Assembly: GCA_963828125.1 (NCBI GenBank) | Contig: CAWHDP010000002.1 | Coordinates: 800,001-864,000, forward strand | Length of the DNA stretch: 64,000 nt | Source of the DNA: an uncultured Chlamydiae bacterium | GTDB lineage: Bacteria > Chlamydiota > Chlamydiia > Chlamydiales > SM23-39 | Direction of reading: 5' to 3' | In this document: positions 20,944 to 29,866 of the stretch, one piece after another | Layout: each line of letters starts with the position of its first letter | Numbering within the stretch: position 1 is the first letter of the stretch | Translations under genes and position numbers: made by a program | The notes under the pieces: model-generated | What the model was told of the DNA's origin: nothing | Databases searched by the model: none | What the model saw: only the letters and a program-made list of their open reading frames with translations

Positions 20944-22647
20944 TCATTCAGACGACCGAAAGCCGTACTGCACTATATGAGTTAGAAAAAGGGCAAATAC
21001 AGCCGCAATGATTACCGCCTTAAGCCGTCTATCCTCATTGTTATTTCCAGGATTGAGCTCTTCTAAATCGAACACTTCCGGCGGCTCTATCGTCTCGTCT
21101 ACGAATGGGAGATCTTGCGGCTCGATCGATGACCTGTTGGAATGGTGGATCTGCGGGCTTGAACTCCTCCCTTGAACCCTCATTTCTTTTTCGTCCATTG
21201 GTAATTTTTGTTCTTTTACCTCTCTCTCTTTCACTTCTTGGCCTGAGAAACGATGCCTGATTTCCTCACGTAGTCTCTTGATGAGTGCTTGCAGGGCCGC
21301 CGGCTGTAAATTGAGATAGAAGGTGCACGTATTTGGGAGGGTAAATTTTCCACTGTTCCTCCCCTCCATAGGTCTTCTGAATCTTTCCGGCACTGCTTGA
21401 CGAAGCCTTTCTCTTTCAGGATCATGCGGCGAACGATAAGGATGAAGCTCTATCGTCGGTGGGTCTGGGAATCTTGCGCACGCTTCACTGTAAACTACAT
21501 GGTAAAGTAACCAATCCAGAGCATATTCAAGAATCTCTTTACTTGGTTGTGAATAAAGCAGTAACGCATCAAAAGCTTCGACAGCACTTGACCGAAATGC
21601 CGTGAAAATCGCATTTTGCAATCCATCTGAGGGGCTAGCGTTACCCTCATTGAGTCCTGCACTCGGATTGCAGGCAGTTGAAAGCGTTAATTGTGGCTGC
21701 GCTTTCAAAACAAGCTTGACCATATCGACGCTGTTCATCTCCATTGCGTCCGTTAACGCATTGTCCCCGTTAAATTTTCGTCCGAGTTGAATAAGAAAGT
21801 TGGCCATTTTTATATCGCCTCTTCTTACTGCTGCCGAAAAGGCATTTTTTAACGTATCTTGATTTGTTTGAAAATCATAAAATATCTCGCCCTTCGCGCC
21901 TTGTAGATCCCTCGCGCCTAGCGGGACGTACAGAAATTGGAGTAATTCGAGAGGTCCATTGACCGCAGCTCGCACAAATCCTTCTGCTGCTGTGTGAGGG
22001 TTAACAAGTCGTCCTGATTTTCGGCATAAAAACACAAGATTTTGATCATTAGCTCTGACTGCATCATAATAAATCTGAGCATACGTCGTGTTTCGAGCAG
22101 CTTCGATGAATGTGCTTACATCCTCATTCCTTGGATCTATCCGTAGCAGCCTAGCTAAACCATTTAATCTTTGTTTGATTGTTTGGTCCGGTTTATTTAA
22201 CTCTTTTGCCTGTTGCAGAAGAGCTATTTTTGAGTCTACTGATGAGATGGCCTTCCAAAATTTCTTCCTGTATGCCTCCACTAGCCCTCCAAAGGCTTTA
22301 GATATGCATGGCAATTTATGCAATTCATCCGTTAAATAGCCTACCACCTTAGAATGCACCTCTTGGGGCCAATTCTGAATCGATGGTTGTGGCGGCAATA
22401 GGATCACTTGCCTTTCTTGGACTAGCGGGGGAGCCAATGGATGGATGGCCGGAGGCATCAGGATTGGGAAATCGATATTAGGCTGTTCCCATAATACAAC
22501 CCGTCTTTCTTCAAGCGGCGCTGATCCAGCCGCATCTCCGGATGGATCCTTTTTCTTGTCCTGTGCAACCGAGTCATTAGCCCTTCTACCGAGAGACATT
22601 GCATAGTATCTCAACAAGTTTGATTCTTCTTGAATAATGGGATTCAT
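20944..22647 (-). CDS. F-box-like + degenerate ankyrin repeats + C-terminal TM protein, candidate effector
   Basis: IQNWPQEVHSKVVGYL..ELHKLPCISKAF; AAVNGPLELLQFL, AAVRRGDIKMANFLI, AMEMNSVDMVKLVL; AVIIAAVFALFLTHIV at C-terminus. Confidence 0.6.
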   Translation of the reverse strand: MNPIIQEESNLLRYYAMSLGRRANDSVAQDKKKDPSGDAAGSAPLEERRVVLWEQPNIDFPILMPPAIHPLAPPLVQERQVILLPPQPSIQNWPQEVHSKVVGYLTDELHKLPCISKAFGGLVEAYRKKFWKAISSVDSKIALLQQAKELNKPDQTIKQRLNGLARLLRIDPRNEDVSTFIEAARNTTYAQIYYDAVRANDQNLVFLCRKSGRLVNPHTAAEGFVRAAVNGPLELLQFLYVPLGARDLQGAKGEIFYDFQTNQDTLKNAFSAAVRRGDIKMANFLIQLGRKFNGDNALTDAMEMNSVDMVKLVLKAQPQLTLSTACNPSAGLNEGNASPSDGLQNAIFTAFRSSAVEAFDALLLYSQPSKEILEYALDWLLYHVVYSEACARFPDPPTIELHPYRSPHDPERERLRQAVPERFRRPMEGRNSGKFTLPNTCTFYLNLQPAALQALIKRLREEIRHRFSGQEVKEREVKEQKLPMDEKEMRVQGRSSSPQIHHSNRSSIEPQDLPFVDETIEPPEVFDLEELNPGNNNEDRRLKAVIIAAVFALFLTHIVQYGFRSSE

Positions 22648-22788
22648 TTTTGACCTTTTTTTTACTTTCTACTATTAAATACAAAAAAAAATATATTATA
22701 TATAAGTTTTAAATGAATTATACACAACAGATACATTTAAAAAAACATCAATCACAATAAAAAAATTAATTTCATTATAATAATAATT

Positions 22789-23638
22789 TTATTCCTTAAA
22801 GTGATCGAAGTCGTCTGGTTCCGGCTCAAAATCTTCGAGGGTCTTCGATTTCTTGCCGGCAATCAGCCGAATGACGGAGAGGACGAGCGCTAGGATCACA
22901 TAGCTCCAGGAAAAGAGGGCGAGGATCTCAGCGAAAAAGTAGAGAATCCCGTAAAGGACGAAAACCGCCACGACAACCGCCAGAAAAGCGAGGTGGAAAG
23001 AGGGAATTTTTAAATGTAACATCTTGAGACTAGGGAATTTAAGACGACAGACCATGAGATAGCCCAGGACGATCATGATCGAGGAGAGGGCAATCGCCCG
23101 GTCGCTGTTGGAAAACTCGATCCATTGGGTAAAGAGCGGCGAGAGGAAGAACAGGTTGGCCGAAATGGCGGCGGCGGCGGAGGCTGGGATGGGGAGCCCT
23201 GTGAAATTTTTCTTTTGCGCCGCTTGGAGCTCCAGGTTCCCCTTCGCCTCAGTGGCCTTAACATTGAACCGGACGAGGCGGAGGACGCCGCAGAGCGAAT
23301 AGACCATCGCTCCGGTGGCGCCGAAAAAAAGAGAGGAAGCTCCCCGGTTCAAGGGTGAGAGTTTTCAGCATGAGGACCGCGGGGGCCACTCCAAAGGAGA
23401 CCGCATCGGCCAGCGTATCGAACACAAATCCGAATTCGCTCTCGGCGTGGATCGCTCGGGCCAAAGCTCCGTCGATGAAGTCGGCGATCCCCGCAATGAG
23501 AAGAAGGATGACCGAGATCCTCACTACTTCATAATTCCCGCTGCCTGGCTCGACCATATTGATCTTAAAAATGACGAAAAGACCGCACGCCAAACTGAAT
23601 GCCGTCACGATATTCGGAACTAAATACACGCGCTTCAT
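22789..23638 (-). CDS. pssA: CDP-diacylglycerol--serine O-phosphatidyltransferase (frameshift at 23324-23330)
   Basis: PNIVT, DFIDGALAR...FG..FDTLADAVSFGVAP, LRLVRFN, FTGLPIP; removing one T from a T7 run fuses the two ORFs. Confidence 0.88.
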
Positions 23639-23747
23639 GACCCAATCATACACCATCGCCTCTTCACAATCAAAAATATTCTTTTTCAAAAAAACTCTCT
23701 CCAGTTAACATGGTCTCCTTGAAAAACCCTTTAAAGGAGAATCCCTT

Positions 23748-24359
23748 ATGATGAAAGAAATCTGGTTGTCGGTCGCTGGCTTGATCGGCGCCCCTCTAGC
23801 AGCTGAAACGATTGGAAACATCGAATTCCAATTCCCCCCCTCAAACTACGAATGGAAGCTTCTGGTCGACCAAGAGTTTTTTTTCGATTATTGCCGTGAC
23901 AATGACGATCAAGGCGACGAGGAGATTCTCCCCGAGGAATCGCTCGATTGCGATGACGAGGATTTAGAAATGCGGATTTTCACACATAGAGAGGGGGACG
24001 CTCTTGAAGTGTTGATAGCGATCAACGACTCCTGTATAGACGACGAAGAAGAGGACGAACTCGACACTTTGGAGATCGTCCAAAAACAACTCGACGAGAT
24101 GATCAATCAATTTTTACCCAATCACAAAGTCATCATCACAAACTATTCGGAACATCAAGACAGCATGTTTGTGGAGTGGGAAATCCGTGACGGATCGCAA
24201 GAGTTATTCCATGGCTTAGCACGCGGCCTCAGAGAGAAAAAGGAGGGGATGCAGAACTTCGCCCTCATCAGCTACCACACAACTGCGCTCAAAACCGAAG
24301 CAAACCAGCATATTTGGACCGAGGCGCTCAACCAAATCAAATTCACCGATTCCCCTTAA
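23748..24359 (+). CDS. exported acidic hypothetical protein
   Basis: AGGAG RBS, signal-peptide-like N-terminus, Asp/Glu tracts. Confidence 0.6.
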   Translation: MMKEIWLSVAGLIGAPLAAETIGNIEFQFPPSNYEWKLLVDQEFFFDYCRDNDDQGDEEILPEESLDCDDEDLEMRIFTHREGDALEVLIAINDSCIDDEEEDELDTLEIVQKQLDEMINQFLPNHKVIITNYSEHQDSMFVEWEIRDGSQELFHGLARGLREKKEGMQNFALISYHTTALKTEANQHIWTEALNQIKFTDSP

Positions 24360-24451
24360 GATTTTTTTTCTGACGTGCGGAGCCTCCTCCGCACCTCTTC
24401 TCCCTTTTCAATATAAGATTTTGGTTTTTTTTCTAGACACGAAAGGGTAAA

Positions 24452-24500
24452 CTACAATATATAGTGTGTTGAGGACGGCGTGATCTACCAGATGTGGTAG
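24452..24500. promoter_or_regulatory. tandem NrdR boxes upstream of nrdA
   Basis: CTACAATATATAGTGT (24452-24467) and CTACCAGATGTGGTAG (24485-24500) fit acaCwAtATaTwGtgt; 33 bp apart. Confidence 0.8.
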
Positions 24501-24569
24501 CGCAGCTAAAAATAGATAAAACAACAAAGAGCCCATAATTGGGTTTTTTTCATTTAAACGGACGTTATT

Positions 24570-27500
24570 ATGAAAAGACAAACAACCCACGATACAACAA
24601 CTTCATTTTTGGAAGAGGCTCCTAAATCTGGCGGCCCCAAAAAGGGAAATGCAAAAGAGACCCAATATACGGTCGTAAAGCGCAATGGGACGTTAGTGCC
24701 GTTTCGACGGGAGCGGATTTTGCGGGCCATTGAAGCGGCTTTCCGCGATACGAAAAAAGTGGAGGCGCTAGACACAGATCAGCTCCAGGCTGTGGGTCAA
24801 ATGACCGATCTCGTCGTCAAGCAGGTGTTGCATTTGGCCTTAAAGGGGGCGTGTCTGACCGTTGAGGGGATCCAAGATGTGGTGGAGGTGACTTTGATGA
24901 AAAATGGCCACCACGACGTGGCCCGCGACTATATCATCTACCGCGACAGCCGCAAAGCCAAGAGAGAGGGCTCTCCCCAAAATCTCAAGATTTACCGGCG
25001 GGATAAAACAACCCCTGCCCGCTTCAATCCGATGAAAATCGCCTCTTCCATCGAGCGGGCTTTCCGAAGGGCTCGCAAAATCGAAGAGCAGACGACCGAT
25101 GATGTGATCGGAGCTGTCAATTTGCTGACACAAAAAATCGTCGGCGAAATGGCCGATTTAGCGACCAAAGGAGATCTCCTCTATATCGACATGATCGAAG
25201 ATCGGATCGAGCGGGAGCTGATGGCAGATAAATATTTCGATGTGGCGAAGCACTATATCCTCTACCGGGCGGAGAAGACGAAGAACCAAGAGATCGCACC
25301 GATTGCTATCGATGAGACGGCCCCTGTGCGGCAATTTGAGATCGGAATGAGCGATAGCGGCAAGATGATCGTCACCGAGACGATGCTCCGCAACAAAATT
25401 GCCTACGCTTGTAGAGGGCTCGAGCCGCTCGTCTCGGTCAGCGAACTTCTCGAGACGGCGATTACGCAATACTATGTGGGCATGAAAGAACAAGAGGTCG
25501 ATTTGGCAAATATTTTTGCCGCCAAGTCCAAAATCGAAAAGGAACCTGCCTATTCTAAGGTCGCCTCGCGTCTGCTCCTTGATGTTTTATATCGGGAGAC
25601 AACTGGCCTGCCTGCCTCAGACTCCACTTTGCCGAAAGCCCATCGGCAATACTTTAAAAAGTACGTCAAATCGGCGATCTCCTATGACCGAATTTCGCCG
25701 AAACTGCTCGATTTCGATCTCGATGAGTTGGCAGGGGCGATGGATCTCGGCCGGGACGATTTATTTACCTATCTCGGCCTCCAGACGCTCTATGACCGCT
25801 ACTTCATTCACCACGAACAAAGGCGGCTCGAGACGCCCCAAATTTTCTGGATGCGGGTCGCGATGGGCCTGGCCCTCAACGAAGGGGAAGAGAAAAATAA
25901 AAGGGCGATCGAATTCTATAACGTCTTATCTCAGTTCTATTTCACATCCAGTACGCCGACTTTATTCAATTCTGGCACTCTCCATTCGCAGCTCAGCTCG
26001 TGCTATCTCTCGACCGTGATGGATGATCTGCACCACATCTTCAAAGTCGTGGCAGACGACGCCCAGCTCTCCAAGTGGGCTGGAGGGATCGGCAACGACT
26101 GGACGAATGTCCGCGCTACCGGAGCGAGCATCAAAGGGACGAACGGCGTCTCGCAAGGGGTGATCCCCTTCCTCAAAGTGGCCAACGATACCGCTGTAGC
26201 AGTCAATCAAGGAGGAAAACGGAAGGGGGCGATGTGCGCGTATCTAGAGACGTGGCATCTCGATATCGAAGATTTCTTGGAGCTGAGAAAAAATACGGGC
26301 GATGAGAGGCGGCGAACCCACGACATGAATACCGCCAACTGGATCCCCGATCTGTTCATGAAACGGGTTCGCGAGGGGGGAATGTGGACCCTTTTCAGTC
26401 CGAGCGACGTCCCCGATTTACACGATCTATATGGGAACGCCTTTGAAAAACGGTACTGCCATTACGAGAAGATGGCCGATGAGGGGAAACTCAAGCTCTT
26501 CAAGAAAATCGAGGCGATCCAACTTTGGCGCAAAATGTTGAGCATGCTGTTCGAAACAGGCCACCCTTGGATCACTTTTAAAGATCCATCGAATATCCGC
26601 TCGCCGCAAGACCATGTAGGGGTCGTCCATTCATCGAATCTCTGCACCGAAATCTTGCTCAACTCCTCAGCTGAAGAGACCGCTGTTTGTAACCTCGGCT
26701 CGATCAATTTGGCCAGACATGTGAGCGAGAAGGGGCTCGATGAACCACTCCTTGCCTCAACAGTGAAAACGGCAGTCCGGATGCTCGATAATGTGATCGA
26801 CATCAACTTCTACCCGACCGTTGAAGCCGCGAACTCGAATAGCCGCCACCGTCCGATCGGCTTAGGATTTATGGGCTTCCAAGACGCCCTCTATATCCAG
26901 AATATAAGCTACGCCAGCCATCGCGCGGTAGAGTTTGCCGACAAAAGCATGGAGATGATCTCGTACTACGCGATCCTCGCTTCAACGGAACTCGCTGCAG
27001 AGAGAGGCGCCTACCCGACCTACAAAGGGTCAAAATGGGATCGGGGCTATCTGCCGATCGACACCCTCGATCTGCTCGAAACAGAGCGAGGAGTCAAGGT
27101 CGACGTCGACCGAGGGGGCCAGATGAATTGGACGCCGGTGAGGGCCGCTCTAAAAAAATATGGGATGCGGAACTCCAACACGATGGCGATCGCCCCCACT
27201 GCGACCATTGCCAACATCACTGGCGTGATCCCATCGAATGAACCGATCTACAAACATCTGTTTGTCAAATCGAATCTCTCCGGCGAATTCACGGTGATCA
27301 ATCCCCATTTAGTTGAAAAACTCAAAAGTCTCAATCTCTGGGACGAAGAGATGATCGACGATCTCAAATACTTCGACGGCTCCATCCGCGAAATCGAGCG
27401 GATTCCCGAGGGAGTGAAAAATCTCTTCTTGAACGCCTTCGAGATCGAACCCGAATGGATCATCGAATGCGCCGCCCGCCGTCAAAAATGGATCGACATG

Positions 27501-27773
27501 GGCCAATCGCTCAACCTCTATCTCGCAGAACCGAGCGGCAAAAAATTGCATCAAATGTATATGCTCGGCTGGGAAAAGGGACTGAAAACCCACTACTACC
27601 TCCGTTCCCTCGGAGCCACTCAAATCGAAAAATCGTCAATCGATGTGAACAAACGGGGCTTGCAGCCTCGTTGGATGAAAAATAAATCTGCCTCTAACAA
27701 TATCGTCGTAGAGCGCGCTGAAGAAAAACCAAAAGCTTGTCAATTAGGTGAAGGATGCGAAAGTTGCCAATAA
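24570..27773 (+). CDS. nrdA: ribonucleoside-diphosphate reductase alpha subunit with multiple ATP-cone domains
   Basis: VVKRNG ATP cone plus two further cone-like repeats, TPTLFN, SSCY, SNLCTEI, CNLGS, APTAT, YYLR, C-terminal CESCQ. Confidence 0.96.
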   Translation: MKRQTTHDTTTSFLEEAPKSGGPKKGNAKETQYTVVKRNGTLVPFRRERILRAIEAAFRDTKKVEALDTDQLQAVGQMTDLVVKQVLHLALKGACLTVEGIQDVVEVTLMKNGHHDVARDYIIYRDSRKAKREGSPQNLKIYRRDKTTPARFNPMKIASSIERAFRRARKIEEQTTDDVIGAVNLLTQKIVGEMADLATKGDLLYIDMIEDRIERELMADKYFDVAKHYILYRAEKTKNQEIAPIAIDETAPVRQFEIGMSDSGKMIVTETMLRNKIAYACRGLEPLVSVSELLETAITQYYVGMKEQEVDLANIFAAKSKIEKEPAYSKVASRLLLDVLYRETTGLPASDSTLPKAHRQYFKKYVKSAISYDRISPKLLDFDLDELAGAMDLGRDDLFTYLGLQTLYDRYFIHHEQRRLETPQIFWMRVAMGLALNEGEEKNKRAIEFYNVLSQFYFTSSTPTLFNSGTLHSQLSSCYLSTVMDDLHHIFKVVADDAQLSKWAGGIGNDWTNVRATGASIKGTNGVSQGVIPFLKVANDTAVAVNQGGKRKGAMCAYLETWHLDIEDFLELRKNTGDERRRTHDMNTANWIPDLFMKRVREGGMWTLFSPSDVPDLHDLYGNAFEKRYCHYEKMADEGKLKLFKKIEAIQLWRKMLSMLFETGHPWITFKDPSNIRSPQDHVGVVHSSNLCTEILLNSSAEETAVCNLGSINLARHVSEKGLDEPLLASTVKTAVRMLDNVIDINFYPTVEAANSNSRHRPIGLGFMGFQDALYIQNISYASHRAVEFADKSMEMISYYAILASTELAAERGAYPTYKGSKWDRGYLPIDTLDLLETERGVKVDVDRGGQMNWTPVRAALKKYGMRNSNTMAIAPTATIANITGVIPSNEPIYKHLFVKSNLSGEFTVINPHLVEKLKSLNLWDEEMIDDLKYFDGSIREIERIPEGVKNLFLNAFEIEPEWIIECAARRQKWIDMGQSLNLYLAEPSGKKLHQMYMLGWEKGLKTHYYLRSLGATQIEKSSIDVNKRGLQPRWMKNKSASNNIVVERAEEKPKACQLGEGCESCQ

Positions 27774-28801
27774 ATAAAGATAAAAGAGTGAAAGCCGCTG
27801 AAAAGCGGCTGATTAATTGCCACGCAGTCGACGTCAATCAACTCATGCCATTGAAATATGGGTGGGCTTGGGAACATTATCTAAATGGGTGCGCCAATCA
27901 TTGGATGCCCAATGAGGTGCCCATGGGAAAGGATATCGAACTTTGGAAATCCAATCAGTTGAGCGAAGATGAAAGACGGGTGATCATGCGCAATCTAGGT
28001 TTCTTCTCGACGGCCGAAAGTTTAGTGGGGAACAATATCGTCCTCGCTATTTTCCGCCACGTGACGAATCCGGAGGCGCGCCAATTCCTCTTAAGACAAG
28101 GATTTGAAGAGGCAATCCACACCCACGCTTTCCTCTACATCGTCGAATCGCTCACCCTCGACCATGGCGAGATCTTCAATATGTACAATGAGATCAATTC
28201 GATCCATAACAAAGATCAATTCGAGATGAACCTCACTCAGGAGGTGCTCGATCCTCATTTCACGACAAAAACTCCGGAAGGGGCGCAAAAGTTTTTAGAA
28301 AACCTGATCGGATACTACATCATCATGGAGGGGATCTTTTTTTATAGCGGCTTTGCGATGATCCTCTCATTCCTGAGACAAAATAAAATGGTCGGTATCG
28401 GCGAGCAGTTCCAATATATCCTCCGAGATGAGACGGTCCACCTCAATTTTGGCATCGATCTCATCAACGGGATTAAGGAAGAGAACCCCGCTCTCTGGTC
28501 TCCTACTTTCCAAGACTCGATCGTGGAAAAAATCAAAGAAGCTGTCGAGCTCGAAATCCAATACGCTCAAGATTGTCTGCCGCGCGGCATCCTAGGGCTT
28601 ACAGCGCCGATGTTTAGAGATTATGTCCAGCATATCGCCGACCGCCGTTTTGAAAGAATTGGGTTGAAAGCGATCTACCGTTCCAAAAATCCATTCCCTT
28701 GGATGAGTGAAACAATAGACCTCGGGAAAGAAAAGAATTTCTTCGAAACCCGCGTCACTGAGTATCAGTCAGCCTCCACCCTCACATGGAGTTCTGAATA
28801 A
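27755..28801 (+). CDS. nrdB: ribonucleotide reductase beta subunit, class Ic (Mn/Fe) type
   Basis: FFSTAESL (Glu ligand), EEAIHTHAF (Phe at radical-Tyr site), [25 protein letters not shown]. Confidence 0.95.
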   Translation: MRKLPINKDKRVKAAEKRLINCHAVDVNQLMPLKYGWAWEHYLNGCANHWMPNEVPMGKDIELWKSNQLSEDERRVIMRNLGFFSTAESLVGNNIVLAIFRHVTNPEARQFLLRQGFEEAIHTHAFLYIVESLTLDHGEIFNMYNEINSIHNKDQFEMNLTQEVLDPHFTTKTPEGAQKFLENLIGYYIIMEGIFFYSGFAMILSFLRQNKMVGIGEQFQYILRDETVHLNFGIDLINGIKEENPALWSPTFQDSIVEKIKEAVELEIQYAQDCLPRGILGLTAPMFRDYVQHIADRRFERIGLKAIYRSKNPFPWMSETIDLGKEKNFFETRVTEYQSASTLTWSSE

Positions 28802-28832
28802 AAAAAGGGGGGAACTCCCCCCTTTTTTTTTT
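28800..28832. terminator. bidirectional intrinsic terminator
   Basis: A-tract GGGGGG-AACT-CCCCCC T-tract between convergent genes. Confidence 0.8.
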
Positions 28833-28834
28833 CA

Positions 28835-29041
28835 TTACGATTTTGGCTTGTTGTCGCCGCAACCGCAACCTTTGCCATTTCCATGGTTATCGATTCCAGC
28901 CGTTGTAGCTACATCGCTACCCTCTTGTGTAGTAGTCACTTCTGGCGTCTCTGTAGACGCTGTATCTGCAGTGGCGGACGTGTCTTGGCTGTAACCTGCA
29001 ACTGCGCAGCAGCTCGCGATCATAGCGATCAGTAAACGCAT
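28835..29041 (-). CDS. small exported protein with C-terminal GCGCG motif
   Basis: AGGAGG RBS, signal peptide, Thr/Ala/Asp-rich linker, GNGKGCGCGDNKPKS. Confidence 0.65.
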   Translation of the reverse strand: MRLLIAMIASCCAVAGYSQDTSATADTASTETPEVTTTQEGSDVATTAGIDNHGNGKGCGCGDNKPKS

Positions 29042-29222
29042 AAAAACCTCCTATTTTAGATTATGCGAAAGGTATAAGAATACTAGTGTTTTTGTTGATT
29101 TTCTGTATAGGAAAAAATTTCCCACCTACACACGCAATACATTGAATATATTCATATTACAGTTTTATTTTTATTAAAACTTAAATTATAATACAATTAA
29201 GCTAAACAATAGAATTTAAATT

Positions 29223-29546
29223 ATGCAGCCGTTTCAAAAAAAAGAAAATAGCACAGATTTTTCAAATCCCGCTGTCCAGCAAGCCTACGTCCAAAATATA
29301 GACAACAACAAAACGTTGATGCGGAAAGAGATCGATGTAAATAAGGCGGAACAAAATTTATTGAGACAGAGGATCGATCTCATGAAATCATTGGCCAATG
29401 ATATCCCCTCTTCAGATCCACAATACAGCCTATTCGTGGTGCAAGCGGAGATGGATCAGGTGGAGATGGATGAATTGAAGAGCCGCGAGTTGATTTTACA
29501 TGACAAACTATCCAAATTCGAATCATCAGGAGAGAGCTATGTTTAA
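29223..29546 (+). CDS. hypothetical helical protein
   Basis: 107-aa ORF after AT-rich promoter region; overlaps next gene start. Confidence 0.55.
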   Translation: MQPFQKKENSTDFSNPAVQQAYVQNIDNNKTLMRKEIDVNKAEQNLLRQRIDLMKSLANDIPSSDPQYSLFVVQAEMDQVEMDELKSRELILHDKLSKFESSGESYV

Positions 29547-29814
29547 GAAAAAAACGATCCGTAAAAAAATAGCCAAAACAGCCATTGATCGCGCCGCCGC
29601 GTTCAACCAAAAAGCACAGTGGCAAGCCTATCAAGAACTCCAAACGAGAGCCAATGACGCTTGGGATCAGCTTCGCAAAGATGTGAAAAAAAATGCCAAA
29701 TCCAACATCCTCATCCGCGACCATAACCGCCTACTGCTCCTCCTCGGCGAGTGCAATTATATGGCTGGAGAATGCATGCGGATAGCCGCCAAGGGGAAAA
29801 GAAAACGTGCGTAG
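29539..29814 (+). CDS. small basic hypothetical protein
   Basis: ATG 29539 with AGGAG RBS; LLLLLGECNYMA motif. Confidence 0.6.
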   Translation: MFKKKTIRKKIAKTAIDRAAAFNQKAQWQAYQELQTRANDAWDQLRKDVKKNAKSNILIRDHNRLLLLLGECNYMAGECMRIAAKGKRKRA

Positions 29815-29866
29815 TGTAAAAAAACCTCGCAACCCTAAGCTAGAACCGATATACTAGCGGGAGACT

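Noticed and set aside
28835..29041. Cys-containing peptide as RiPP precursor for the radical SAM enzymes
   Set aside because: Both radical SAM genes are tRNA methylthiotransferases more than 17 kb away; no maturase or transporter nearby
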